From Gammaproteobacteria bacterium (lineage in GTDB: Bacteria > Pseudomonadota > Gammaproteobacteria > JADZEE01): a stretch of 64,000 bases of DNA. The stretch covers positions 2,521-66,520 of the forward strand of contig JBFXBD010000008.1 in the NCBI GenBank assembly GCA_050183625.1, written 5' to 3'. A program made the translations under genes and the position numbers. Within the stretch, counting starts at the first letter, position 1; each line of letters begins with the position of its first letter. Positions 46,895-58,658 of this stretch are shown here, one piece after another. The notes under the pieces are model-generated. The model did not search any database. It saw only the letters and a list, made by a program, of their open reading frames with translations, and was not told the DNA's origin.

Positions 46895-46937
46895 AGCGGT
46901 ATCTCCAGTCGTTCGGTTTCGTTCGCGGTGCCTGCGG

Positions 46938-48392
46938 TCAGTACGAGACCTGGAACCGGGTCAGGAAGGCGTGCTCGGCGGGCCGATCCCGGCCGCCGGC
47001 GGCGCCGCCGGTGAAATTCGTGTTCTCATAGTTCGCTTCGAGGCGGTAGTTCTTGTTCAGATACCAGTTCACGCCCAATCCCCAGGACGACGCGAAGGTC
47101 GACGCCGTGGCGGGATTGGCGAAGATCGGAAAAGAGGCATCGTCGACATCGAGTTCGCCGTATCGGGCCACGAATTCCACCGCGCCCCAGGTGCCCTTCC
47201 AGGGGTCGAAGGGCGAATGCGGAACGATGCTCTTGTACGAGTTCTCCTCGCCGGTGATGACCCACGAGCCTGCCAGTTGCCATGAGTCGTGCTCGAGGGT
47301 GGCGCGAGAATTGCCGAGCTTCACGTCCTGGCCGGAAACTGCGTACTCGCCGAGCAGGCCGAACGATTTCCAATACCAGGTACCCTGAAGCGAGATGCGG
47401 TAGTGCGCGCCATCGGCGACTGCCGTCAGCGGAAGGGTGGCGCCGGTGCGGTAGCTGAAGAAGCTCTGTTGTGCCTGGCTGCGGTACGCGCCCAGATCGG
47501 TGCGCGCGAGCGTGCCGGTGCTGTCGCCCGCGCTGCCTGCGACTCCAAACGACAGCCCTTGCAGCGGCCCAAACACGTTCTTCCATGGCTGGAATATCAC
47601 GCGACCGGCGAACTCCTTGTCGTCGCCCACGTCGAGGTCGGCTGAGCCGCCGTCAGGCACGCCGTTGAAGTATCCCGCGGCGTAATTGACGATGCCGCCG
47701 AACAGGTCGCCGCCGACCTGGATGCCCAGGTCGCGATTCGGTACCAGGTTGGTCGGCAGGCCGCGCTCGACGAAGCGGATGTCGGTACCGGATTGCAGGC
47801 GTTCCAGGCCCACCGGCGGCTTGAACTTGCCGATGCGCAACTTGAGCTCGGGCAGGTAGTTCGCGTCCAGGTAGGCATCCTGCAGCGCGGTGGTGCCGCC
47901 GCCGAAGTCGGGCATGATGCGGAACCCGTAGTACTTGTACAGCGTTCCTTCGAAGATTGGACGTACGCGCCGCAGGACGAAGGTGTCGGCGAAGCTGCTG
48001 TTCACGTCGTCGTAGACGAAGCGGCCGTCGAACTGCGCGTAGCCGCGCAGCTTGAGCTGAAATGCCTGATCCGCGGAGGACAGGGCGAAGCCCTTGTCGC
48101 CGGCGGTGAGCACCGGCGTCTCGGCCTTCTTCTTCGCGGCGTCCTCGTCGGCGAGTTCGAAGCGCCGCTCCAGTGCGCGCACCTTTTGGTCAAGGTATGC
48201 GACCGGGGTTTCGGGTGCGGTGGCCACCGGCGCTGTACGTGCGGCCTGCAACTGCTTCTCGAGATCGGCAACCCTGGCCGCTAGCGCACGCACCTGCGCT
48301 TCGAGGGTCGCGTGCGCGGATGCGGCATGTGCCGCCGGAGTGATTGCCGCCGCGATGGCTGCGGCGAGCAGTGTCTGCTTCAAACGGATCAT
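46938..48392 (-). CDS. OprO/OprP-family anion-selective porin encoded with the sulfate transporter
   Basis: Signal peptide [24 protein letters not shown]-terminal coiled-coil then beta-barrel with Lys-rich segments. C-terminal F...QVSY typical of the OprO/P family. Confidence 0.8.
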   Translation of the reverse strand: MIRLKQTLLAAAIAAAITPAAHAASAHATLEAQVRALAARVADLEKQLQAARTAPVATAPETPVAYLDQKVRALERRFELADEDAAKKKAETPVLTAGDKGFALSSADQAFQLKLRGYAQFDGRFVYDDVNSSFADTFVLRRVRPIFEGTLYKYYGFRIMPDFGGGTTALQDAYLDANYLPELKLRIGKFKPPVGLERLQSGTDIRFVERGLPTNLVPNRDLGIQVGGDLFGGIVNYAAGYFNGVPDGGSADLDVGDDKEFAGRVIFQPWKNVFGPLQGLSFGVAGSAGDSTGTLARTDLGAYRSQAQQSFFSYRTGATLPLTAVADGAHYRISLQGTWYWKSFGLLGEYAVSGQDVKLGNSRATLEHDSWQLAGSWVITGEENSYKSIVPHSPFDPWKGTWGAVEFVARYGELDVDDASFPIFANPATASTFASSWGLGVNWYLNKNYRLEANYENTNFTGGAAGGRDRPAEHAFLTRFQVSY

Positions 48393-48509
48393 GGTCCCAA
48401 CTCCCAATGAGTCGAAATGCGGACGTTTTTGGGGGGGGCCACCGGTGGTCCGGTCGGCGCCGGTCGTGTGCGCGTTCGGGGCGGATCCAGCAGACTGGTG
48501 TCCGGGCGG

Positions 48510-48680
48510 CTAGCGGTTCGCGTCGAAGCGGAACCGTTCGCGCCGTTCGAGCTGCACGACACGCGCGTCGTGCACCACGATTTCCACCGAGCCGTAGCGC
48601 ATGCCCTCGATGGCTTCGAGGACCCGGCGGACCAGGGCCGCCTTGGCGGGGTCGGTGATATTCAAATCAGGGCTGGTCAT
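48510..48680 (-). CDS. DUF2292 (YezD-like) small protein, first gene of the sulfate operon
   Basis: Not in the ORF track (<60 aa). ~56-aa translation MTSPDLNITDPAKAALVRRVLEAIEGMRYGSVEIVVHDARVVQLERRERFRFDANR matches the DUF2292 GSVEIxIHDGRVVQIE core. Confidence 0.55.
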   Translation of the reverse strand: MTSPDLNITDPAKAALVRRVLEAIEGMRYGSVEIVVHDARVVQLERRERFRFDANR

Positions 48681-48779
48681 CGGCTCCTACCGGCAAATTA
48701 TTGAGGGCTTCGTGATTCGGGCCGGTAGGCGTCGGTCCGGGACCGTCCATCCATCTCACAATCGTTTATTCCGCTACAA

Positions 48780-48960
48780 TCTAAGAATCGGATTGGTAAG
48801 TCCTAATGCGGTCTGATTTCTAGAGTGCAGGGGGTATGCCAATTGCGTGATTTTCACTATCATGATGTTTTTTATGGGAATAAAAAACCACGGCAGCAAG
48901 TCCCAGCATATTTGCTGAGCACAGCCGTGATATTTACTAGCTTGAGCCAGCATATTTGCT
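48780..48960. promoter_or_regulatory. AT-rich divergent intergenic region with two copies of the near-palindrome CAGCATATTTGCTG (~45 bp apart) upstream of the sigma-54 activator gene
   Basis: GC drops to ~40% here. The motifs sit at ...cccagcatatttgctgagc... and ...gccagcatatttgctgctt.... Confidence 0.45.
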
Positions 48961-48976
48961 GCTTGAGGACGCCTGC

Positions 48977-50545
48977 ATGAACCTACTGCCGGTCTGGCGC
49001 GAAGCCTGCCGCCACATCGACATCGGCGAGTCGACCGCCAACATCGCCCGGGTGGTGGCGATGGAGATCCCCGCCGAGCGACTGCTGGTGCGCGAATTCG
49101 ACCGCAGCCACCTGGGCATGGAGACCGTCGCGGTCGGCTGGACCGGAGTGCACCGGCCCTGGCAGCCCGAGACCGCCACCTGTGCGCCGGCGGCCCGGGA
49201 TCGTTTGCTCGAACGCGCGGTGCGCAGCGGCGCCTCGCGGCGGGCCCGCGACAGCGCGCTGGAGGACTGGCTGGAGCCATTGCTTCCATCGAGTTGCAAG
49301 GGCAGCGTGATCGTCGCGCCGTTCGCGACCGAGGGCGGCGCCGTGGGCTTGCTGGTGGCCCACGCGTTCCCCGGCCTGAACTTCACCGCCGCGCATGCCG
49401 GCCTGGTGCAGGCCCTCGTGGAGCCGTTCGCGCTCGCGCTCGATAACCACCACCGCCTCACCGAGTTGAACGCGCTGCGCGAAGCCGCCGAGGCGGACAA
49501 GCGGTCCCTGCTCACGCGCCTGGGGCGCAAGGATCTGAGCGAGACAGTGGTCGGCGCGGACTCGGGTCTGCGCGCGGTGATGGAGCGGGTCGCGCTCGTG
49601 CGCAACTCAGATGTCCCGGTGCTGATCCTGGGCGAGACCGGAACCGGCAAGGAGGTGCTGGCGCGAGAGATCCATGCCGGTTCCGCACGTGCCTCGGGGC
49701 CCTTCATCCGCGTGAACTGCGGCGCGATACCTACCGAGCTCATCGACTCGGAACTTTTCGGGCACGAGAAAGGCGCGTTCACCGGGGCGACTTCGCAGCG
49801 CCGCGGCTGGTTCGAGCGTGCCGACGGCGGGACGCTCTTGATGGATGAAATCGGCGAGCTGCCGTTGCCTGCGCAGGTACGCCTGCTGCGCGTGCTGCAG
49901 GACGGCTACATCCAGCGCGTCGGCGGCGAGGAACCGATCAAGGTCGACGTGCGCATCGTCGCCGCGACGCATCGCGAACTACCGGCAATGACCCGCGACG
50001 GGCGGTTTCGCGAGGATCTATGGTATAGGCTCGCGGTGTTTCCGATCACGCTCCCGCCGCTGCGTGAACGGCGCTATGACATCCGCGCGCTCGCAGCGCA
50101 CTTCGCCGCCCGCGCCGCGACCCGGTTCGGGTTCCGGCAGCAGATGCCGACCCCCGCGGAAATCGATTTGCTGGAGGCGTACCCATGGCCGGGCAATGTG
50201 CGCGAGTTGGGGGCAGTAATCGACCGCGCGGTGATCCTGGGCGAGGGCGAGCGGCTGGAAGTCGCCGCGGCGCTGGGGCAACCGGCATTGCGCGCGTCGC
50301 AGGTCGCCAAACCTTTCGAGTGGAATACACCTTCGCCGGATGGCCCCTCTAGGACCGCACACGCTCCGATCGAAACCCTCGACGCGGCGATGCGCCGTCA
50401 CATCGAACGCGCGCTCGCGCACACCGGCGGGCGGATCGAGGGCACACAGGGCACTGCGGCACTTCTCGGCATCAACCCGCACACGCTGCGTGCGCGTATG
50501 CGCAAGCTCGGGATCGCGTGGAGCCGGTTCCGGGCGCCGCCGTGA
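48977..50545 (+). CDS. sigma-54-dependent transcriptional activator (GAF-like N-domain + AAA+ + Fis-type HTH)
   Basis: GETGTGKE Walker A, GAFTGA sigma-54 contact motif, [16 protein letters not shown]-terminal HTH ([24 protein letters not shown]). Confidence 0.85.
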   Translation: MNLLPVWREACRHIDIGESTANIARVVAMEIPAERLLVREFDRSHLGMETVAVGWTGVHRPWQPETATCAPAARDRLLERAVRSGASRRARDSALEDWLEPLLPSSCKGSVIVAPFATEGGAVGLLVAHAFPGLNFTAAHAGLVQALVEPFALALDNHHRLTELNALREAAEADKRSLLTRLGRKDLSETVVGADSGLRAVMERVALVRNSDVPVLILGETGTGKEVLAREIHAGSARASGPFIRVNCGAIPTELIDSELFGHEKGAFTGATSQRRGWFERADGGTLLMDEIGELPLPAQVRLLRVLQDGYIQRVGGEEPIKVDVRIVAATHRELPAMTRDGRFREDLWYRLAVFPITLPPLRERRYDIRALAAHFAARAATRFGFRQQMPTPAEIDLLEAYPWPGNVRELGAVIDRAVILGEGERLEVAAALGQPALRASQVAKPFEWNTPSPDGPSRTAHAPIETLDAAMRRHIERALAHTGGRIEGTQGTAALLGINPHTLRARMRKLGIAWSRFRAPP

Positions 50546-50608
50546 CGGCGCGTGCGGCCGGCGATGTCGCACCGCGCGCCGGCGACGCGGCGGACCGCGG
50601 CGCAGCCC

Positions 50609-51292
50609 TTAGGAGACCAGCGGCGAAACGCCGAACAGGCGGGTGTGCAGGTGCAGGAACAGCACCCACACCACGACCGCGAGCAGCGGCCGCCACCAGC
50701 CGATCTCGCGGATCTGAAATTGATTGCGCCCCTGCGCGATGGCAAGGAACGGGATGTTCGAAGTCGCGCGTGCGAAGCGTACCCAGTCGTCGCCGTGCTT
50801 GAGCCGGCGCTTGTTGTCGATCCCGACAGTGCCGATCAGCGACAGCAACAGCAGGCCGGTGAAGAAGATCACCGCGGCGACGTCGCCGTTGACCATCAGG
50901 TGGGCGAGCGCCCAGATCGCCACGCCCCACAGGAACGGGTGGCGGGTGATGCGCAGGACGCCGCGGATCGCGTCTTCGTCCTGAAGCTTGGATTCGGCCG
51001 CGATCGCCGCGGGGTTGCGCGTGGTCAGGCCCACCACCGCGAACAGGAACGCGACGAGTACCATCAGCGTGGTCAGCGGCTTGAAGGCATTCGCCGGCCC
51101 CCACAGTTCCAGGTACGGCGCGCGCCGGAACGCATACCAGAACCACACCAGCGCCGCCAGCGACAGCGCCGAGTAGGCCACGCGGAAGCCGGCCTCGCCC
51201 AGTCGCTGCACCAGCCGAGGCCGCACGCGCGCGTTCGCGAGGACCAGATGGGTTCCGACGAAGAACAGCGCTGCGGCAATGATTTCGAGCAT
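50609..51292 (-). CDS. nnrU: NnrU-family membrane protein
   Basis: Start MLEIIAAALFFVGTHLV. Six TM helices. ITRHPFLWGVAIWALAHL matches the NnrU family. Confidence 0.7.
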   Translation of the reverse strand: MLEIIAAALFFVGTHLVLANARVRPRLVQRLGEAGFRVAYSALSLAALVWFWYAFRRAPYLELWGPANAFKPLTTLMVLVAFLFAVVGLTTRNPAAIAAESKLQDEDAIRGVLRITRHPFLWGVAIWALAHLMVNGDVAAVIFFTGLLLLSLIGTVGIDNKRRLKHGDDWVRFARATSNIPFLAIAQGRNQFQIREIGWWRPLLAVVVWVLFLHLHTRLFGVSPLVS

Positions 51293-51356
51293 GTATCCGT
51301 CCCCCGTTGCGTGACGGGCATTGTGCACGCGCGGCGTGCGCGGGCGAAAGATCCGT

Positions 51357-53042
<1,686 letters not shown>

Positions 53043-53222
53043 GGTCCGTCCATTATATCGGTGCGGGCCGCCGCACCGCGCCCCGGGTTGCGGCTGCCGC
53101 CTGCCGGCGGGCCGCGCATCGGCGCTGCGCCCGGCGGGCGCCGGGAACACGCGCGCCGCGCGCCGGTCCGACCTGCTGCGCGCCGTACCACGCGGCGCCG
53201 GCCACCCCGGGAGATCCGCCCC

Positions 53223-53885
53223 ATGCGACTGCTGCTGATCGAGGACGACCCCATGATCGGCGCCGCGCTTCAGAAAGGCTTGCAACAGGAAGGCCACGCC
53301 GTGGACTGGGTGCGCGACGGCGACGCCGCGGACCGCGCGCTCGCGGCCGAGCCGTACGCGCTGGCCGTGCTCGACCTGGGCCTGCCGGGGCGGGACGGCC
53401 TGGCCGTGCTGGCCGGACTGCGCCGGCGCGGCAACGTGGTGCCGGTGATCATCGCCACCGCGCGCGATGGCCGCGCGGACGTGGTGAGAGGCCTGGACCT
53501 GGGTGCCGACGACTACGTCGTCAAGCCCTTCGACCTGGAGGAACTGGCGGCGCGGATCCGCGCCGTCCTGCGCCGCCATGCCGGCCGTGCCGCGTCGCGG
53601 GTGACGCATGGTGCGCTGGAGGTCGATCTCGGCACCCGCGAAGTCCTCTGTCGCGGCCGCCGGGTGGAGTTGTCCGCGCGCGAGTTCGCCCTGCTGGCCG
53701 CGCTCCTGGAACGCCCGGGCGCGGTGCTGTCGCGCGCTCAACTGGAGGAGCGGCTGTACGGCTGGGGCGAGGAGGTCGCCAGCAACGCGGTGGAGGTCCA
53801 CATCCACCACCTGCGCAGGAAGCTCGGCGAGGGCGTCATCCGCAACGTGCGCGGCGTGGGCTACACCCTGAGCGCGGGCCGCTGA
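53223..53885 (+). CDS. OmpR-family response regulator (QseB/PmrA-like)
   Basis: Receiver domain [14 protein letters not shown]-terminal winged helix ending GVGYTL. Confidence 0.9.
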   Translation: MRLLLIEDDPMIGAALQKGLQQEGHAVDWVRDGDAADRALAAEPYALAVLDLGLPGRDGLAVLAGLRRRGNVVPVIIATARDGRADVVRGLDLGADDYVVKPFDLEELAARIRAVLRRHAGRAASRVTHGALEVDLGTREVLCRGRRVELSAREFALLAALLERPGAVLSRAQLEERLYGWGEEVASNAVEVHIHHLRRKLGEGVIRNVRGVGYTLSAGR

Positions 53886-53886
53886 A

Positions 53887-55212
53887 GTGTCCCTGCGCAA
53901 TCGCCTGATCGGGGCTCTGCTCGCCGCGCTGGTCGCGACCGGCCTGTTCGCGAGCTGGTGGACCTACGTCGGTGCACGGCGCGAGATCGACGCCCTGTTC
54001 GACTACCAGCTTCGCCAGCAGGCATTGGCACTGCGCGACCGGGTATTTCCGCTGAGCGGCCTGTTCCTGTCGCACGAGAACGCCGACCAGGAGATCGTCA
54101 TCCAGGTCTGGGACTGGCGCGGTTCGCGCCTGTACAGCTCGCACCGGCTGCTGCCGCTGCCTCAGCGCTACCAGATCGGATTCTCCAATTTCAGGTCCGG
54201 CGGCAAGGACTGGCGCGCGTTTGCGCTCGTGGCAGGCACCGAGATCATCCAGGTCGCCCAGCCGCTCAGCGTGCGCCGGACGATGGCGGCGCGCGCGGGG
54301 CTGCGGATCCTGGTTCCGATCCTGCTGGTGCTGCCGCTGTTCGGCCTGCTGGTGTGGTGGATCGTCGGCCGCGCGCTGCGTCCCCTGGATGCACTGGCGC
54401 GCACCATCGGCGCGCGCGATCAGAATTCGCTGGCGCCCGTGCCGGTGCAGGGGCTGCCCGCCGAGACCCGGCCGATGATCCGGGCGCTGAACGATCTGCT
54501 CGAACGCCTCGCACGCGCCCTGGAACTGCAGCGCCAGTTCACCGCGGACGCCGCCCACGAACTGCGCACGCCTCTGGCGGCGGTGCGGCTGCAGGCACAG
54601 GTGCTCGAACGCGCACAGGGCACGGCCGAACGCACCGCGGCGGCGGCGGACCTGAAGTCGGGCGTGGATCGTGCGGCGCACCTGGTCGACGGCCTGCTGA
54701 CGCTGGCGCGCCTGGAGCCGGATGCGGCCGACGCGCGCGCCGCGCCGCTCGATCTGGCCTCCTTCGTGCGCGATTTGGCCGCGCGCTACGCGCCGCTCGC
54801 GGCGGCAAAGGGCCAGGTATTGCAAGTGGCCGAATGCGCGGACGCACGGATTCACGCGGGGGAACCTGCGCTGAACGCGCTCATCGGCAATCTCGTCGAC
54901 AACGCGATCCGCTACACCCCCGAAGGCGGGCGGATCGATGTCGCCATGGCGCGCGAGAACTCGTCGGCGGTGCTGTCGATCGTCGATTCCGGCCCAGGCA
55001 TCCCGGCGCATGAACGCGCGCGCGTCTTCGATCGCTTCTACCGCCTGCCCGGCAACGGTGCGCCCGGCAGCGGCCTGGGGCTGGCCATCGCCCGGCGCGC
55101 CGCCGACGTACTCGGCGCCACCATCGTTCTGGAAGACCCGCCCACCGGGACGGGGCTGGCGGTGCGGGTTCGGATCCCGGTTGAACGACACGAAATCCGC
55201 TCAGGAGAATGA
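53887..55212 (+). CDS. sensor histidine kinase (QseC/PmrB-like)
   Basis: GTG start 2 nt after the regulator stop. Two TM helices, HAMP, HisKA H-box [12 protein letters not shown], HATPase G-boxes ([16 protein letters not shown]). Confidence 0.85.
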   Translation: MSLRNRLIGALLAALVATGLFASWWTYVGARREIDALFDYQLRQQALALRDRVFPLSGLFLSHENADQEIVIQVWDWRGSRLYSSHRLLPLPQRYQIGFSNFRSGGKDWRAFALVAGTEIIQVAQPLSVRRTMAARAGLRILVPILLVLPLFGLLVWWIVGRALRPLDALARTIGARDQNSLAPVPVQGLPAETRPMIRALNDLLERLARALELQRQFTADAAHELRTPLAAVRLQAQVLERAQGTAERTAAAADLKSGVDRAAHLVDGLLTLARLEPDAADARAAPLDLASFVRDLAARYAPLAAAKGQVLQVAECADARIHAGEPALNALIGNLVDNAIRYTPEGGRIDVAMARENSSAVLSIVDSGPGIPAHERARVFDRFYRLPGNGAPGSGLGLAIARRAADVLGATIVLEDPPTGTGLAVRVRIPVERHEIRSGE

Positions 55213-55357
55213 TTCACGCACGGCTTCCTGTTTTGGGGCATCGCGCCTGCGCCGCCGGCTCCATGCCCCCATGGATACTGTACAGATATCCATAAAACAT
55301 GGAAAATACGATCGTGGGATTGACACAGCATGCCAGGGGCGGCGGAGATAAAATACT

Positions 55358-56272
55358 GTGAAGAGCCATCAATTCGGCGGTAGCTGGACTGATACGAAGC
55401 TCGAAATCCTGAGGCAGTACCTGATTCCGTATCGCCAGATCTTTACGACATCCGCGAAAGCGAAACACTTCAAGACCATATATATAGATGCGTTTGCCGG
55501 AACGGGCGAGAGGGTGGATCCAAATCTCAGTCCCGATGTGGCGGATCTCATCGGAGATACTGACCCGAGTGAGCGCGACGCTTACAAGAAGGGTAGCGCG
55601 CGAATTGCGCTTGAAGTCACCCCTCCGTTCGATCGCTACGTTTTTGTCGAGAAGCAGCCAGAGAGAAGCGCCGAACTGCGCGTGATGGTGCGCTCTGAAT
55701 TCCCGAATCTGGTACCACGTTGCAATATCGTGCAAGGCGACGCAAACGGATACCTGCAAGAGAATCTACCGCGCGTCGATTGGGATAATTGGCGCGCGGT
55801 ACTGTTTCTCGACCCGTATGGCATGGCCGTCGAATGGGAGACTATCAAGATCATCGCGGAAACAAGAGCGATTGATCTTTGGGTGCTTTTTCCGGTCGGC
55901 CAAGGCGTCAATCGGCTTTTGACTCGCGCCTCTACTCCGCCGCCGGAATGGGAGGCGCGCTTGACCAGGATGTTCGGCACGGAAGAATGGAAGGCACGGT
56001 TCTATGCGCCTTCACGACAACAGGACATCTTCGGCGATACCCCAGGGATGTTGAAGGACACGAGCTTTGACCTTATCGGAGAGTATTTTCTGGAGCGGCT
56101 CCGCGCAACGTTTGCGGGCGTCGCGCCGCACGCGGCGAAGCTCGAGAATTCGCGCAACGTTCCGCTGTATTGGTTGTGCTTCGCCGCGGGGAACCCACGA
56201 GGGGCCGGGATCGCGGTGAAAATCGCAAACCACTTGCTAGGTCAGCAGGCGCGTCAACGACGCAAGAAGTAG
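55358..56272 (+). CDS. tcmP: three-Cys-motif partner protein TcmP
   Basis: GTG start after GGAG. N-terminus HQFGGSWTDTKLEILRQYLIPY matches the TcmP family. Sits in a low-GC islet. Confidence 0.75.
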   Translation: MKSHQFGGSWTDTKLEILRQYLIPYRQIFTTSAKAKHFKTIYIDAFAGTGERVDPNLSPDVADLIGDTDPSERDAYKKGSARIALEVTPPFDRYVFVEKQPERSAELRVMVRSEFPNLVPRCNIVQGDANGYLQENLPRVDWDNWRAVLFLDPYGMAVEWETIKIIAETRAIDLWVLFPVGQGVNRLLTRASTPPPEWEARLTRMFGTEEWKARFYAPSRQQDIFGDTPGMLKDTSFDLIGEYFLERLRATFAGVAPHAAKLENSRNVPLYWLCFAAGNPRGAGIAVKIANHLLGQQARQRRKK

Positions 56273-56288
56273 AGCGAGGGATTGGACC

Positions 56289-57044
56289 ATGGCGACGAGA
56301 ACGTCCATAGAATGGACTGAAATGACGTGGAATCCGGTGACGGGGTGCACGAAGATCAGCCAGGGCTGCAAGCACTGCTATGCGGAGCGAATGGCCAATA
56401 GACTGAAGGCGATGGGAGCTGAACGTTACGTGCGTGGGTTTAGGCTCAGCATCCATGAGGATTTAATGGATATGCCTAGGCGCTGGCGGCGGCCGCGTCT
56501 GGTTTTCGTCAATTCCATGAGCGATCTATTTCAAGATGGGGTTCCGGACGTCGTCATCGACCGCGTGTTTTCGACTATGGCAGCATGCCCCCAGCATACG
56601 TTCCAGGTGCTGACCAAGCGATCCGAACGCCTGATGGCGTTGAGCGGCAGGTTGCCCTGGCCGGAAAACGTCTGGATGGGCGTGAGCGTGGAGAGCCGTG
56701 ACCATTTGGATAGGATCGACCACTTGGCACGCGTGCCGGCCTCCGTGAGATTCCTGTCCTGCGAGCCGCTACTAGGGCCGCTCGAAAACCTGCCATTGGA
56801 TGGGATCCATTGGGTCATCGTCGGTGGAGAGTCCGGCCCGAAAGCGCGACCGATGCAAGGCGAATGGGTGGAATCCGTTCGGAAACAATGTGCCGAAGAC
56901 AACGTCGCTTTTTTCTTTAAGCAATGGGGTGGTGTAAGAAAAAGCCGTACCGGACGAAGTCTCAATGGGGTGACATACGATCAGATGCCGGTCCGAGCTG
57001 TGCCGGACCACCGACGGTCCGAAGCGCGTCCAGAGATGGGTTAA
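56289..57044 (+). CDS. phage Gp37/Gp68-family protein (DUF5131, three-Cys-motif protein), partner of TcmP
   Basis: N-terminal SIEWTEMTWNPVTGCTKISQGCKHCYAE, the CxxxxxxCxxC motif with IEWT/TWNP signature of DUF5131. 251 aa. Confidence 0.85.
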   Translation: MATRTSIEWTEMTWNPVTGCTKISQGCKHCYAERMANRLKAMGAERYVRGFRLSIHEDLMDMPRRWRRPRLVFVNSMSDLFQDGVPDVVIDRVFSTMAACPQHTFQVLTKRSERLMALSGRLPWPENVWMGVSVESRDHLDRIDHLARVPASVRFLSCEPLLGPLENLPLDGIHWVIVGGESGPKARPMQGEWVESVRKQCAEDNVAFFFKQWGGVRKSRTGRSLNGVTYDQMPVRAVPDHRRSEARPEMG

Positions 57045-57120
57045 GTCTGGCTTAAGCCTGCGCTCCTAAGCTGCCTTCCATCCGGTGACCTTCGTCACCC
57101 GACAGGAACAGGAGGCAGCC

Positions 57121-58587
57121 ATGAATCCGAAAACCTTCCGGCGTAGCGCCATCGTCGCCGCGATCGTGCCGGCGGCGATCTGGGGCGCGTGGACCCTGCA
57201 TGCGGACCCCGGCGCAATCGATCGCCTGCACCTGCCCGGCATCGCCTCGGCGCAGGCCGCGGATACGGCCGCCGCGGCGCCCACGCGGCTCGCCGCGCTG
57301 CCGGATTTCTCGGCGCTCGTCGCCCAGGCCAGCCCGGCGGTGGTGGCGATCCGGGTCACCCAGACCACCCGCACCGCCTTCAATCCGGGCGGCATGCCGA
57401 TGGATCGCGACGATCCGTTCTACGAGTTCTTCCGCCGCTTCCAGATGCCGGGTGGCCAGGGCGGCCCCGGTGCCGGGCGGCCGCAGCGGCAGGGCATCGG
57501 CTCGGGCTTCATCGTCTCTGCGGACGGCTACGTGCTCACCAACGCGCACGTGGTGGCCAATGCGGACGAAGTCACGGTCAAGCTCGCCGACAAGCGCGAG
57601 CTGACGGCCAAGGTGGTCGGCAGCGACGACAAGAGCGATGTCGCGCTGCTCAAGGTCGACGCCGGCGACCTGCCCACGCTGAGGATCGGTGACCCGGGCA
57701 AGCTGCGCGTGGGCGAGTGGGTGGCCGCGATCGGCTCGCCGTTCGGCCTGGAGAGCACGGTCACCGCCGGCATCGTCAGCGCCAAGGGCCGGGAGATCGG
57801 TGACGACAGCTACGTGCCCTTCATCCAGACAGACGTGCCAATCAACCCCGGCAATTCGGGTGGCCCGCTGCTCAACATGAACGGCGAGGTGGTGGGCATC
57901 AATTCGCAGATCTTCAGCCGTAGCGGCGGCTACATGGGGTTGTCGTTTTCGATCCCGATCGACGTCGCGATGCGGGTCGAGCGCCAGCTTGCCCGGCATG
58001 GCAAGGTCGAGCGCGGATTGCTCGGCGTCACCGTGCAGAGCGTGACGCCCGAGCTCGCCGATTCCTTCCGCCTCGATGGCGCCGATGGCGCACTGGTCAG
58101 CGGCGTGACGAACGGATCGCCCGCCGACAAGGCCGGGATCCGGGCCGGCGACGTGGTCCGCAACGTCAACGGCAAGGCGGTGAGCGGTGCGGCGGATCTC
58201 TCTCGCGCCATCGCCGATCTCGCGCCGGGCGAGAAGGCCCATCTCGTCCTGCGCCGCGAAGGCAAGGACGTGGAACTCGATGTCGCCGTCGGCCGCATGG
58301 CCGGACCGGACGTGGCCGACGCGGGCGACACCGGCGCCGGCACCGGCAGGCTCGGGGTGATGGTGCGCCCTGCCGACGATGGCGATGGCGGCCTGCTGGT
58401 CGAGCGCGTGACCGGGCCGGCGGCGCGGGCCGGCATCGAGCCGGGCGACGTGATCGTGGCGGTGAACACGCAGCGGGTGAAGGATCCGGAGCAGTTGAAG
58501 AAGCTGGTGGCGCGTGCGGACAAGACCGTGGCGCTGCTCATCCGCCGCAACGACGCGGAGATATTCGTGCCGGTGAAGATCGGGTAG
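57121..58587 (+). CDS. degP: DegP/HtrA-family periplasmic serine endoprotease with two PDZ domains (MucD-like)
   Basis: ATG after GGAGG. Catalytic triad context HVV...D...GNSGGPL, two PDZ domains. Signal peptide. Confidence 0.9.
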   Translation: MNPKTFRRSAIVAAIVPAAIWGAWTLHADPGAIDRLHLPGIASAQAADTAAAAPTRLAALPDFSALVAQASPAVVAIRVTQTTRTAFNPGGMPMDRDDPFYEFFRRFQMPGGQGGPGAGRPQRQGIGSGFIVSADGYVLTNAHVVANADEVTVKLADKRELTAKVVGSDDKSDVALLKVDAGDLPTLRIGDPGKLRVGEWVAAIGSPFGLESTVTAGIVSAKGREIGDDSYVPFIQTDVPINPGNSGGPLLNMNGEVVGINSQIFSRSGGYMGLSFSIPIDVAMRVERQLARHGKVERGLLGVTVQSVTPELADSFRLDGADGALVSGVTNGSPADKAGIRAGDVVRNVNGKAVSGAADLSRAIADLAPGEKAHLVLRREGKDVELDVAVGRMAGPDVADAGDTGAGTGRLGVMVRPADDGDGGLLVERVTGPAARAGIEPGDVIVAVNTQRVKDPEQLKKLVARADKTVALLIRRNDAEIFVPVKIG

Positions 58588-58596
58588 GTGAAGCGG

Positions 58597-58632
58597 TGGC
58601 GCAGGGCGGCGGCGGGCTCCTCCTCCCCTGCC
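58597..58632. terminator. GC-rich hairpin between convergent degP and acvB/virJ genes (putative bidirectional terminator)
   Basis: GGCGGCGGCGGG-ctcctcctcc-CCTGCCGCCGCC, an 11/12-bp stem. No U-tract. Confidence 0.4.
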
Positions 58633-58658
58633 GCCGCCCGGCGCCTTGGGCACCCGGG

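Noticed and set aside
48860-48960. candidate sigma-54 (-24/-12) promoter elements (GGCAGCAAGTCCCAGCAT, GCCAGCATATTTGCTG)
   Set aside because: The GG...GC spacing is 14 rather than 10-11 nt, or the -24 GG is missing. I could not support a bona fide TGGCAC-N5-TTGC element.
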